A stretch of DNA of 64,000 bases from Alphaproteobacteria bacterium (GTDB taxonomy: Bacteria; Pseudomonadota; Alphaproteobacteria; UBA828), in the NCBI GenBank assembly GCA_965214705.1, contig CBDCCI010000002.1, positions 192,001 to 256,000 on the forward strand. Direction: 5' to 3'. Both the position numbers and the translations under genes were made by a program. Shown here piece after piece: positions 21,423 through 31,362 of this stretch. Every line of letters begins with the position of its first letter. Position 1 is the first letter of the stretch. The notes under the pieces were generated by a model. That model ran no database searches. It was not told where the DNA came from and saw only the letters and a program-made list of their open reading frames with translations.

Positions 21423-24175
21423 GGGCGGGCCTCCCGCTCCCGGAGCGCCGCGCGCAGCCGGTGGGGGAGCGCCGGAACCCTGGTGACGCGCACGCCCGTC
21501 GCGTGGCGGATGGCGCCGAGGATTGCCGGTGCCGTGGGGACCAGGCCGGGCTCGCCCACGCCCTTGGCGCCGAAGGGGCCCAGGGGCTCCGGGTCCTCCA
21601 CGATGATCACCTCGATCTCCGGCACGTCGCCGATGGTGGGGATCAGGTAGTCGTGCAGGTTCTCGGTCTTGCCCGGCAGGTATTCCTCCATCAGCGCGAG
21701 CCCGATGCCCTGGGCGATGCCGCCCTCGATCTGGCCTTCCACCTGGGTCGGGTTGATGGCGCGGCCGACGTCGTGGGCAGCGTGGATGCGGACGGGCGTC
21801 ACGGTCCCGAGTTCGGTGTCCACGTCCACCACTGCGACCTGGGCGCCGAAGGCGTAGGCCGCGTAGGGCGAACCCTGACCCCTGGCGTCGAGCGTCGTGG
21901 TCGGCGGGTCGAAGCGGCCGGTGCCTTCGAGCACGACACCCGCCGCGTCGGCCTTGAGCCGGGTGAGGTCGATCTCCACCCGGCGGCCGCCGTCGCGGAC
22001 CACGACCTGCGCGCCAGCGAATTCGAGCGTGGCGTCGTCGGCGGCATTGGCCTCGCGCAGGATCGCGGCGCGGAGCGCGGCGCCCGCCAGCTCGGCCGCC
22101 TTGCCCGAGACGAAGGTCTGGCGTGAGGCGGAGGTCTTGCCCGCGTCCTCGGTCCAGTCGGTGTCGCCGATGACCTGGGCGATCCGGTCCGCCGCGACGC
22201 CCAGTGCATCGGCGCAGATCTGGGCGAGGATCGTGGTCGAGCCCTGGCCGATATCGACGGCGCCGTTGTAGAGCACGAGGCGGCCGTCGCGGTCCAGCGT
22301 GATCCGCATCGCGGACGGGTTGCTGAGCGCGGTGTTGCCGATGCCGTACCACATGCAGCCGATGCCGACGCCGCGCCGCGCCCGGCCGTCGCCGGCGTTG
22401 ACGCGGGCGACGTCTTCCAGCGCGCGCTGCCAGCGGGGTTCGAGCGCCTCCAGGCAAGGGGCGAGGCCGACACTGGCTTCCAGCACCTGGCCAGTCGCCG
22501 TGGCATCGCCGGTGCAGAGCGCGTTCTTCAGGCGGAACGCCAGCCGGTCCATGCCGAGCCCGTCCGCGAGGTCGTCCATCAGCGCCTCGTGGGCGATGGC
22601 GGCCTGCGGCACGCCGAAGCCGCGAAAGGCGCCGGCGGGTGGTCCGTTGGTGTAGAAGGCCCGGCCGCGCGCGGAGACGTGAGGCACGGCGTAGGGGCCC
22701 GAGGCGTGGACCGGCACGCGGCCCGCCACGGTCGGCCCCCAGGAGGCGTAGGCGCCGGTGTCGAAGGTGGCGTCGAAGGCGACCGCCTGCAGCGTGCCGT
22801 CGGCATCGCAACCCATGCGCGCCTCGATCGCCGCGGGATGGCGCTTCGGGCTCGCCATCATGCTCTCGGGCCGCTCGTAGACGCAGGCGACCGGCGCGTG
22901 CGCGAGCCAGGCGGCGAGCGCCGCGAGCGGCTGGATCGAGACGTCGAGCTTGCCGCCGAAGCCGCCACCGCAGGCGCTCGGCACGACACGCACCTGCGCC
23001 GGCGCGAGGCCCAGCACTTCCGCCGTCATGTCGCGGTCCATGACCGGGGTCTGGGTCGAGACGAAGAGCTCGACCCGCTCGCCGATCCGCCGCGCCCAGC
23101 CGGCCTCGGGCTCGATGTAGGCGTGCTCGACGAAGGCGGTCTCGAAGCTTCCCTCGGCGGTCACTGCACAATCGGCGAGCGCCGCCCGGGCGTCGCCGCG
23201 CTCGACCCCGCCCTCGACGAGCATGTTGCCCTCGGTCTCCTCGTGGACCGGGCGGACGCCCGGCGCGCGGGCGTCCGCCAGTCCGCGCACCGGCGGCAGC
23301 GGCTCGTAGCGGATCGGCAGGTCCTCGTCGCGCACCGCCGTCACGGCTTCGCGTGTGCCCACGAGCGCCACCACCGGATCGCCCCGGTAGCGCACCACCC
23401 CCTCGGCCAGCACCGGCTGGTCCCGGAGGTCAGGGTAGATGCCGATACGGTTGTAGGGCACGTCGGCGGCGGTGAGCACCCGCTCCACGCCGGGCCGGGC
23501 GGCGGCCACCGCTCCCAGGTCGCCGAACGCGACCTTGGCGGAATCATGGGGCGAGCGGACGATGCGGAGCCAGAGCGCGTCCGCTGGCACGGCGTCGGCG
23601 CCGTAGCGCTCGGCACCGGTGAGCTTGGGCACGCCGTCGAGCTTGGCGAGCCGGGCGCCGACGGCGGCACCGGCCGGGGGCGTCGACAGGGGCTGCGGCG
23701 CATCGCCCGCGGCGTCGAGCACCGCAGCCACGATCTTGCGATAGCCGGTGCAGCGACAGAGCACGCCGCCGAGGCCGTCCAGCACCTCCGCCGGGCGGGG
23801 GTGGGGGGAGGCGCGCAGCAGCTCGGTCGCGGCGATCAGCATGCCCGGCGTGCAGGCGCCGCACTGGGCCGCGCCGTGGCGCAGGAAGGCCCGCTGCAGG
23901 CGGTTCAGCCGTCCTTTGGCCGCAAGGCCCTCCACGGTTTCCACGTGGCGCCCCGCGGCCTGCGCCAGCGACACCATGCAGCTACAGACCTGGGCACCGT
24001 CGAGCAGCACCGTGCAGGCGCCGCAGTCGCCGGCGTTGCAGCCGACCTTGGTCCCGGTCAGGCCGAGATCGTCGCGAAGCGCATCGGCGAGGCGCCGGAG
24101 CGGCGGCGCGTTCACCGTCACCGGCCGGCCGTTGACCAGGAACGCGGTGGTGCCGTCCGGGCCGCCCGCGTTCAC
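21419..24175 (-). CDS. Xanthine-dehydrogenase-family molybdenum hydroxylase, fused 2Fe-2S + molybdopterin subunit (probable nicotinate dehydrogenase)
   Basis: GCNAGDCGAC, QCGAC, CRCTGY; GGGFGGK, AFRGFG, GAKGVGEP; context with hnr. Confidence 0.87.
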   Translation of the reverse strand: MNAGGPDGTTAFLVNGRPVTVNAPPLRRLADALRDDLGLTGTKVGCNAGDCGACTVLLDGAQVCSCMVSLAQAAGRHVETVEGLAAKGRLNRLQRAFLRHGAAQCGACTPGMLIAATELLRASPHPRPAEVLDGLGGVLCRCTGYRKIVAAVLDAAGDAPQPLSTPPAGAAVGARLAKLDGVPKLTGAERYGADAVPADALWLRIVRSPHDSAKVAFGDLGAVAAARPGVERVLTAADVPYNRIGIYPDLRDQPVLAEGVVRYRGDPVVALVGTREAVTAVRDEDLPIRYEPLPPVRGLADARAPGVRPVHEETEGNMLVEGGVERGDARAALADCAVTAEGSFETAFVEHAYIEPEAGWARRIGERVELFVSTQTPVMDRDMTAEVLGLAPAQVRVVPSACGGGFGGKLDVSIQPLAALAAWLAHAPVACVYERPESMMASPKRHPAAIEARMGCDADGTLQAVAFDATFDTGAYASWGPTVAGRVPVHASGPYAVPHVSARGRAFYTNGPPAGAFRGFGVPQAAIAHEALMDDLADGLGMDRLAFRLKNALCTGDATATGQVLEASVGLAPCLEALEPRWQRALEDVARVNAGDGRARRGVGIGCMWYGIGNTALSNPSAMRITLDRDGRLVLYNGAVDIGQGSTTILAQICADALGVAADRIAQVIGDTDWTEDAGKTSASRQTFVSGKAAELAGAALRAAILREANAADDATLEFAGAQVVVRDGGRRVEIDLTRLKADAAGVVLEGTGRFDPPTTTLDARGQGSPYAAYAFGAQVAVVDVDTELGTVTPVRIHAAHDVGRAINPTQVEGQIEGGIAQGIGLALMEEYLPGKTENLHDYLIPTIGDVPEIEVIIVEDPEPLGPFGAKGVGEPGLVPTAPAILGAIRHATGVRVTRVPALPHRLRAALREREARP

Positions 24176-25020
24176 ATCATGCTCCCGAGTTCGGCGAGTG
24201 TGCGTGCCGTCAGCGTCCGCGCGGCATCGAGACGGTAGTCGGCCGAGCCCCGCGCATCGTCCACCGGTGCGAGCGGCGCCATGTGCGCGTCCGTCACGGC
24301 CTCGCCCAGCGCCGCGTCGCAGGGGCGGCCGGCGAGCGCCTGCTCAAGCGCCGGCAGCCGACGCGCCACCGGCGAGCAGGCGCCGACCGAGACCGCGGCG
24401 CGGACGACCCGTCCCGCCGCGTCGGCCTCCAGCGCCGCGGCCACCATGACGATGGAGATCACCAGGTAGCGCCGCGCGCCCAGCTTGAGGAAGTGCCCGC
24501 GCGCCCGCTCTGCGCGCGGCTTGGGCACGCGCACCGCGACCATGAGTTGGTCGGGCGCGAGCGCAGTCGCGCGATTGCCGTGCACGAAGTCGGCGAGCGG
24601 CATGGTCTCCCGCCGCTCCGCTGAGGCGAGCTCCACCTCGGCATCGAGGCTGAGCAGCACCGGGACCCCGTCGGCGGCGGGCGAGGCGTTGCACAGGTTG
24701 CCGCAGAGGGTGCCGGCGTTCTGCACCTGCCGGCCGCCGATCTCGCGGGCGGCGAGCTTGAGGCCGTCGAACCAGGGCGGCAGGTCGGCCCGGAGGATAT
24801 CGGTCCAGGTCGCGAGCGCCGGGACGCGCCAATGGTCGTCCCGCTCCTCGATCGCGCGCATCGATGGCAGCGCGGTGATGTCGAGCACGTCGTCGTCGAG
24901 CGGCGCCCCCACCCTGGCCGGGTAGAAGTCCGTGCCTCCGGCCAGCACCGTGAGCGGGCGGCGGCGCAGCGCCGCGAGCGCGTCGTCGAGGGCGGTAGGT
25001 CGCAGATATTCCGGCATCAC
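24172..25020 (-). CDS. Molybdenum hydroxylase FAD-binding subunit (CoxM/XdhB-like)
   Basis: LAGGTD, IGGRQVQNAGTLCGNLCNASPAAD, DDARGSADYR. Confidence 0.9.
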   Translation of the reverse strand: MMPEYLRPTALDDALAALRRRPLTVLAGGTDFYPARVGAPLDDDVLDITALPSMRAIEERDDHWRVPALATWTDILRADLPPWFDGLKLAAREIGGRQVQNAGTLCGNLCNASPAADGVPVLLSLDAEVELASAERRETMPLADFVHGNRATALAPDQLMVAVRVPKPRAERARGHFLKLGARRYLVISIVMVAAALEADAAGRVVRAAVSVGACSPVARRLPALEQALAGRPCDAALGEAVTDAHMAPLAPVDDARGSADYRLDAARTLTARTLAELGSMM

Positions 25021-25095
25021 GGCAGTCTCGATTCTTTACCCATGATACCGGAGAGGAGCGAGCGCCCCCACCACGGCGGCCGACGCTCCCCGTCG

Positions 25096-26514
25096 TCAGG
25101 CGAGACCCATCTGACGGTAGGAGCGCACGACCTTCTCCAGCCCGACGGCGAAGGCGGCCGTGCGCAGATCTTCGATCGTCTCCGACGACCGCATCGCTTC
25201 GCGCATCGCGCCGTAGGCCTCGCGCATGGTGTCCTCAAGGCCGGATTGCACCAGGTCGAGCTCATCCACGCCGCGCAGCAGCGGCGCCTTGAGCTCGTCG
25301 GGCACCTGTCGGCCGGACGCGGTCTCGATCATGTCGATGATGCGCCGGCCGCGTTGGATGTCGAGCTGGCGAGACAGCCGGCCGAAGCGCATGTGCGAGA
25401 CGTTGGAGACCCACTCGAAGTAGCTGACGGTCACGCCACCGGCGTTGACCAGAAGGTCCGGGAGGATGACCGTGCCGCGCGCGAGCAGCTCCCGCTCGGC
25501 GGCCAGCGTCACGGGGCCGTTGGCGGCCTCGACGATGAGCGGTGCGCGGATGCGCGAGGCATTGGCCTCGGTGATCTGGCTCTCGATGGCGGCGGGAATC
25601 AGGATGTCGCACTCCGCCTCGAGGACGGATGCGCCGTCGGCGACGAAGCGCGCGCCGGGGAATCCCTCGACCCCGCCGGTGCGGGCGCGGTGCTCGGCAA
25701 GCGCGTCGGGCGCGAGGCCGGCATCGGAGAAAACGGCGCCGTCGTGCTCGATGACGCCGACAAGGCGCACGCCGTCTTCCTCGGTGAGGCATTTGGCGGC
25801 GTGATAACCCACGTTGCCGAGCCCCTGGACGATAACCCGCTTGCCTTCGAGGCCGCCGTCCAAACCGCTCCGGGCTACGTCGTCCCGGTGGCGGAATAAC
25901 TCGCGCAGCACGTAGTGGACGCCGCGGCCGGTCGCCTCCACGCGGCCCGGAATACCGCCCTGGGTCACCGGCTTCCCCGTGACGCAGGCCAGCGCATCGA
26001 TATCAGACGGGTAGAGCTGTCGGTACTCGTCCGCCATCCAGGCCATCTCGCGCGCGCCGGTGCCGATGTCGGGCGCGGGCACGTCCCGGCTCGGGCTGAT
26101 GTAGCCGCGATCGGCAAGCTCCTGCGTGAAGCGCCGCGTGATCTGCTCCAGCTCCTCCTCCGTGTAGTCTTCGGGCCGGATGACGAGCCCGCCCTTGGCG
26201 CCGCCGAAGGGCACATCGACCAGCGCGCATTTGAAGGTCATCAGCGCCGCCAGCGCCTCGACCTCCTGCTGGTCGACGAAGGGTGCGTAGCGGATGCCGC
26301 CCTTCACGGGGAGCCGGTGCTCGCTGTGCACCGCGCGCCAGCCGCAGAAGGTCTGGTAGCGCCCCCTGAGCCGCACCGGGAACTGCAGCTGGATGACGGA
26401 CTTGCACTCGCGGATGGTCTCCACGAGGTCGTCCGGGACGCCGAGCGCAGCTGCGGCCCGGTCGAACATCCCGCGCACGCTGGCCTGGAAATTGCTTTCG
26501 GTCGATGACTCCAC
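25096..26514 (-). CDS. gdhA: Glu/Leu/Phe/Val dehydrogenase (glutamate dehydrogenase)
   Basis: KGGIRY, MTFKCA, PFGGAKGG, DVPAPD, VTGKP, QGLGNVG, EAANGP, NAGGVTVSYFEW. Confidence 0.9.
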   Translation of the reverse strand: MESSTESNFQASVRGMFDRAAAALGVPDDLVETIRECKSVIQLQFPVRLRGRYQTFCGWRAVHSEHRLPVKGGIRYAPFVDQQEVEALAALMTFKCALVDVPFGGAKGGLVIRPEDYTEEELEQITRRFTQELADRGYISPSRDVPAPDIGTGAREMAWMADEYRQLYPSDIDALACVTGKPVTQGGIPGRVEATGRGVHYVLRELFRHRDDVARSGLDGGLEGKRVIVQGLGNVGYHAAKCLTEEDGVRLVGVIEHDGAVFSDAGLAPDALAEHRARTGGVEGFPGARFVADGASVLEAECDILIPAAIESQITEANASRIRAPLIVEAANGPVTLAAERELLARGTVILPDLLVNAGGVTVSYFEWVSNVSHMRFGRLSRQLDIQRGRRIIDMIETASGRQVPDELKAPLLRGVDELDLVQSGLEDTMREAYGAMREAMRSSETIEDLRTAAFAVGLEKVVRSYRQMGLA

Positions 26515-26617
26515 GCGGTCCTCCGCAGCGGATGAGGCGGGGCTCGCCTCCGACTCCTTATGTATGTTCGCACCGCGCGTTTCGCATCGTCACGCTTTGG
26601 CTGGTGCGAATTCCGGT

Positions 26618-27391
26618 CTAACGCCTGCGGTCGAGGAAGGCTCGCATGCGCTGGCCCGGCTCGCCGCTCGCGAAGCCCTCGGCAAAATAGTCCATGCTCC
26701 GCTGGACCCCTTCAGGCGCCGGCAGCTCCTCCCATTCGCGCAGAAATGCCTTCTGCAGGCGGATCGCCGTGGGGCCGGCCGCACAGATCATGTCCACCGT
26801 GTGCGCGAGTTCGTCGTCGATTTCGCCTTCGGGGACGAGGGATTCGACGAGGCCCCAGTCGTAGGCCTGTTCCGCCCCGATCGTCTCGCCGGTGTAGACG
26901 ATGCGGGCCGCGCGCCCCCAACCCACCAGACGTGGCAGCAGCGTCGACGCGATGACGGAGGGGATGCCGACCACCACCTCGGGCACGGCGAACCTGGCGG
27001 TCGTGTCGGCCACGCGGAGATCGCACGACGCCGCGATTCCTACCCCCGCCCCGAGACAGTATCCGGAAACACGCGCCACCACCGGGACCGGCGCGTCGCG
27101 AAGCGCGGTGCGCACACCGTGCAACGCGGTGACGAAGGGGCGCGCCGTCTCGCGCGTCAAGTCGACCATGACGCGGATGTCCGCCCCACCGATGAAGGCG
27201 CGCTCACCCGCGCCGCGCAGGACGATGGCCCGGACTTCCGGGCTCTCGCCCGCTTGCCGGATGGCGGCGCTCAGCGCGTCGGCGCCGGCGCCGTCGATGG
27301 CGTTGAGCTTCTCCGCATTGTCGTAGCACACGGTCGCGACATGGCCGCCGCGGGGGCTGTCCTCGATCTCGACATGAACCTCGGTCAACAC
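26618..27391 (-). CDS. Enoyl-CoA hydratase/crotonase family protein
   Basis: KLNAI, AFIGGADI, GYCLGAG, CDLRVA, FAVPEV; start chosen by RBS. Confidence 0.87.
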   Translation of the reverse strand: MLTEVHVEIEDSPRGGHVATVCYDNAEKLNAIDGAGADALSAAIRQAGESPEVRAIVLRGAGERAFIGGADIRVMVDLTRETARPFVTALHGVRTALRDAPVPVVARVSGYCLGAGVGIAASCDLRVADTTARFAVPEVVVGIPSVIASTLLPRLVGWGRAARIVYTGETIGAEQAYDWGLVESLVPEGEIDDELAHTVDMICAAGPTAIRLQKAFLREWEELPAPEGVQRSMDYFAEGFASGEPGQRMRAFLDRRR

Positions 27392-27564
27392 TCTCGCTCC
27401 CTCGGCGGATCGAACGTCCGGACGCGCCGCCGACTGTGACATCGGTGAGGGCCACGGGCCAGTGCGACAGTCCTCGCGCGATCGAGACGAGCTTGTATCC
27501 CGAGCCGGCATGACGCACCCTTCAGGTGCCCCGGTTCAGTTCCATCAGCGAGGGGGACGCGGGC

Positions 27565-28422
27565 ATGGGGATCGTCACGGACATCGTGCTGCCGATCGTG
27601 CTTGCGTTCATCATGCTCGCGCTCGGCCTCGGGCTCACCGTCGGCGACTTCGTCCGGGTCGCGAAGCAGCCGCGCGATTTCCTCGTGGGCGCCGTGGCTC
27701 AGGTGGTGCTCTTGCCTGCGGTGGCTTTCGGCCTGGTCAGCATCTGGCCGCTCGCGCCGGAACTCGCGCTCGGGGTGATGATCATCGCTGCGGCGCCTGG
27801 CGGGGTGACCTCCAATCTGCTCACCGCCTTCGGACGCGGCGACGTGGCGCTCTCCATCTCCCTTACCGCCATCATCAGCCTGCTCGGCGTGGTCACGATT
27901 CCGTTCATCGTCGTCTTTGCCCACGGCCACTTCGTGGGCGGCGGTGTCGGCGACGTCTCCGTTGCCGAAACCGCGCTCGGGGTCTTCCTGATCGTCGCCT
28001 TGCCCGTGCTGATCGGAGTCGCGGTCCGGCGCTGGGCCGAGGGCTTCGCCACGCGGGTCCAGCCCACCGCGCGCCGGATCTCGGCGCTGCTCTTCGTGCT
28101 GGTGTTGGCCGCTGCCATCTATCAGGAGCACGAGAACGCGCTCGAGTACATGGGCCAGGCCGGGCCGGTGACCGCGGTGCTGAACGTGGTGATGATGGCC
28201 TTGGCCTACCTGCTCGCGCACTTCCTCGCGACCGGCCCGCGCCAGCGCATTTCCATCTCCATGGAATGCGGGGTGCAGAACGGCACGCTTGCCATCGCCG
28301 TGGCGACGCTTCTGTTCGGCGGCGGGCTTACCGTCGTGCCAGCGGCGACTTACAGCCTGATCATGTTCGGGAGCGCGCTGATCTTCATCGCCTTCCTCAG
28401 AAGCCGCGACCAGCCGACTTGA
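27565..28422 (+). CDS. Bile acid:sodium symporter family transporter
   Basis: AAPGGVTSN, GDVALSISLT, ECGVQNGTLA. Confidence 0.9.
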   Translation: MGIVTDIVLPIVLAFIMLALGLGLTVGDFVRVAKQPRDFLVGAVAQVVLLPAVAFGLVSIWPLAPELALGVMIIAAAPGGVTSNLLTAFGRGDVALSISLTAIISLLGVVTIPFIVVFAHGHFVGGGVGDVSVAETALGVFLIVALPVLIGVAVRRWAEGFATRVQPTARRISALLFVLVLAAAIYQEHENALEYMGQAGPVTAVLNVVMMALAYLLAHFLATGPRQRISISMECGVQNGTLAIAVATLLFGGGLTVVPAATYSLIMFGSALIFIAFLRSRDQPT

Positions 28423-28442
28423 GGGGCCTGGGTGCGGCCACC

Positions 28443-28541
28443 CTATTCCCGGCTTGTCTTCACCTCTGGGCCGCGTTGAAACCGTCGGAAAAGGTGATAG
28501 CGGCACGCAAGTGGCAGGAGGTTGTCGTCAGAAGCGATCAC
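28443..28541 (-). pseudogene. Remnant of PIN-domain (VapC-like) toxin
   Basis: GTG overlaps antitoxin stop (GTGA); reads MIASDDNLLPLA.., resembling the VapC start MIxxDxNLL, then stops after 32 aa. Confidence 0.55.
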
Positions 28542-28798
28542 CGAGCGAGCTTCCGCGCGTTCTCTTCCGCTTCCATCTCATCGACGAGCTGATTGAGCCC
28601 GTCGGCGTCCACCCCCGGCTTGAAGCCGAAGGCATGGGGCTCCACCTTGAAGCGACGCGCACGCGCGGGCTTGCCCTGCGTCCCGAGACCGGCGCGGAGC
28701 GCATCGTTCACGACGGCCTCCATGCTCCTGTTGGTCCGTTGCATCTCTCGCCGCAGGAGCTGCTCGACATCGACGTCGATGGTCAATGTGGTTCGCAT
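28538..28798 (-). CDS. RHH antitoxin (VapB/CopG-like)
   Basis: MRTTLTIDVDV...VVNDALRAGL N-terminus typical of VapB-type antitoxins. Confidence 0.8.
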   Translation of the reverse strand: MRTTLTIDVDVEQLLRREMQRTNRSMEAVVNDALRAGLGTQGKPARARRFKVEPHAFGFKPGVDADGLNQLVDEMEAEENARKLAR

Positions 28799-29008
28799 GG
28801 ATGACATCTTGATGCCGATAGAGTTGATGTCTAGAGGCGCGATATCGGCAAGGCCTGATGGCGGGCCGAAGCCGCCGCGTCAACCCGCATTGTCGGGCGC
28901 ATCCGTTGGACCGGGAACGGCGCTTCGGCTATGAGGGGCGCAGCGAAGCAAACGCACCCGCTCCGGGCGCGGGCGTGCCCGCGGTCCGGCTCAGCAAGGG
29001 AGACATCG

Positions 29009-29653
29009 ATGGAAATTATCGCCGATCCGATCACCGTGAACTGCCGCAAGGTCCTCGCCGGCCTCAAGCTGATCGGTGCCGACTACACGCTGACCAAGGT
29101 CGACTACTTCAAGGGCGAGCAGAAGAGCCCCGAGGTCGTGGCGATCAATCCGAACGCCACGATCCCGGTCATGCGCGATGGCGACCTGGTCCTCTGGGAA
29201 TCGAACTCGATCCTGCAGTACGCCGCCGACAAGGTGGGCAATGCTAGTGCCTATCCCACCGACCTCGAGACCAGAGCCGACGTGAACCGCTGGCTGCTCT
29301 GGGAATGCGGGGCCTGGTTCCCGACCTGCTACGTCCACTTGGTCGAGAACTGCGTCAAGCCGCTTCTCGGCGATCAGGCGGACCCCGTGGTGCTCGATGG
29401 CGAGGCGCCGAACTTCCACAAGCTCGCCGGCATCATGGACGCGCGGCTCGCCGGGAGCGCCTACCTCTGCAGCGATCAGCCGACCATCGCTGACGTGGCG
29501 GTGGCGTCGCCGATGCACCTGCACGGCTGGGCCAAGCTGCCGCTCGACGATCACCCCAATGTCGTGCGCTGGATGACGAAGGGGATCGAGCCGCAGCTCT
29601 GGTGGAAGGCCACCCACGTGGGCGAGGGGTTTGTAGCGTCCGAGGCAGCCTGA
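29009..29653 (+). CDS. Glutathione S-transferase family protein
   Basis: INPNATIP, LWESNSILQY, PTIADVA; AAGGGAG RBS. Confidence 0.9.
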   Translation: MEIIADPITVNCRKVLAGLKLIGADYTLTKVDYFKGEQKSPEVVAINPNATIPVMRDGDLVLWESNSILQYAADKVGNASAYPTDLETRADVNRWLLWECGAWFPTCYVHLVENCVKPLLGDQADPVVLDGEAPNFHKLAGIMDARLAGSAYLCSDQPTIADVAVASPMHLHGWAKLPLDDHPNVVRWMTKGIEPQLWWKATHVGEGFVASEAA

Positions 29654-29707
29654 GCCCGGCGGCCGACCCACCGCCTCCTCTCGCCTAAAGCTGGAGCGAA
29701 GGCAGGG

Positions 29708-30475
29708 GTGAGCGAGAGAGACCTCTCAGGGCGCATTGCGCTGGTGACCGGCGGCTCGCGGGGCATCGGCCGCGCGATCTGCCTGCGGCTCGCAAAGGCC
29801 GGCGCGTGGGTGGCGATCAACCACTCGGCGAGCGATGAGGCCGCGGCGGAAACCCTGGCCGGGATCGAGGCCGGCGGCGGCGCGGGCGGCGTCTACAAGG
29901 CCGACGTCTCGTCGTTCGAGGCGACCGATGCGATGTTCGGGCGCATCGAGGCAGACCGTGGCCCGGTCGACCTCCTGGTCACCAACGCCGGCATCGCCTC
30001 ATTCCAGGACGATGTCGACATGCCGGTCGATCTCTGGCGCCGCATCCTCACGGTGAACCTGGACGGCACCTTTCACTGCGTGTGGCGTGCCAAGGCTGGC
30101 ATGATGGCGCGGGGCGACGGGCGCATCGTCTGCATCTCCTCGATCAACGGGCTGGCGCCGACCACGATGCGCTCGGACAGGCTGATCGCCTACGGCACGT
30201 CGAAGTCCGCCATCATCGGGTTCTCGCGCAACTGCGCGGTCGCGTTCGGGCCCGCGATCCGCGTCAACTGCGTGGCACCCGGCCTGGTCGACACGGACAT
30301 GACCAGCGGCATGAGCGACGAGATGCGCCAGCGCATCGTCGCCAGCACACCCGCCGGCCGGACCGGCACGCCGGACGACATCGCCGAGCTCACCTACTTT
30401 CTGCTGAGCGATGCCGCGAGCTTCATCACGGGCCAGACCTGCGTCGCCTCCGGCGGCCTCGTCACGCTGCCCTGA
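29708..30475 (+). CDS. SDR family oxidoreductase (FabG-like)
   Basis: TGGSRGIG, TNAG, YGTSK catalytic YxxxK, VNCVAPG. Confidence 0.92.
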   Translation: MSERDLSGRIALVTGGSRGIGRAICLRLAKAGAWVAINHSASDEAAAETLAGIEAGGGAGGVYKADVSSFEATDAMFGRIEADRGPVDLLVTNAGIASFQDDVDMPVDLWRRILTVNLDGTFHCVWRAKAGMMARGDGRIVCISSINGLAPTTMRSDRLIAYGTSKSAIIGFSRNCAVAFGPAIRVNCVAPGLVDTDMTSGMSDEMRQRIVASTPAGRTGTPDDIAELTYFLLSDAASFITGQTCVASGGLVTLP

Positions 30476-30752
30476 CGGGGTGGAGCAGAAAAACGATTGA
30501 GCGCCGCGTGCCCGGCTGCCGTTATCCGTGCGTGTCTCCGAAGGTGGCCAAAAAGAGAGCGGAACGATCGTTCAGGTTTTCGAACTCACGCCCTTCATTT
30601 GTGCCGTGGCGTTACGGATCATATTCTCCGAAAATGTGACCATTACGCGTCAACATAGCATAGAATTGGGAAGGGTTAAGAAGCCGTACCTAGCAAAGAC
30701 AATATGCGTGATTTTCTGTTGACTTAATCGAAAATTTCACTTAATATTTTCT

Positions 30753-30782
30753 ACAGTCTCGACATATAAATGTCGAGACTGT
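30753..30782. repeat. Perfect 13-bp inverted repeat
   Basis: ACAGTCTCGACAT-ataa-ATGTCGAGACTGT in the AT-rich boundary region. Confidence 0.85.
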
Positions 30783-31362
30783 TCGTCAATTGTCGGTATT
30801 AGGGTAGTCGTACTCGTTGTTGCTGTGTGGTTGATTGGTTTTCTGGAAGGGTCGCCCAGGCGAGCGCGCGCTCGCCTGGGTAGTTCCGGCAGGCACGGTC
30901 GCGCTCAACATTGCGTCCACTGGCACGAATCAGGGATGACAGGCCGGGCGCGGCTCGGTGCGCGACGCGCTTACGGCACTTCTCGAGATGTGATCGTTAC
31001 AGGCTGGGAATCAGAGGATGTCCGCGCGTTCTGGCGCGCGGCGGTGCTACTCAATCCGCCGTTATCGACGCCTCTCATGCATGGTAATGAAGAGGCCCCG
31101 TCGGGAGGCCTCAAGGAGGCACTGTCCCGCGTTACAACGCGGAGGCAACCGGACGAACAGCCACGCGATACGGCGATAACGCCTGTCATTTCCTTCAGTT
31201 TTGGAGCGGCCCTTCATCTGCCCTGTTTCGCGAACCGACGGGCGGGTGCTCACGCGCGCTACTCTGTGATTCCGGCGCGTTACGCGGTGAAGCCGCCACG
31301 GTGCGCGGTGATGACGGCATTCGTGTGCCTCTTCGGCCCCGCGCGCTTGGGATGTGACGGCC

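Noticed and set aside
19950-23171. 1073-aa ORF as one fusion protein
   Set aside because: The first ~580 codons are an Arg/Gly-rich off-frame shadow of the Moco gene; the real hnr starts at the GTG at 21422.
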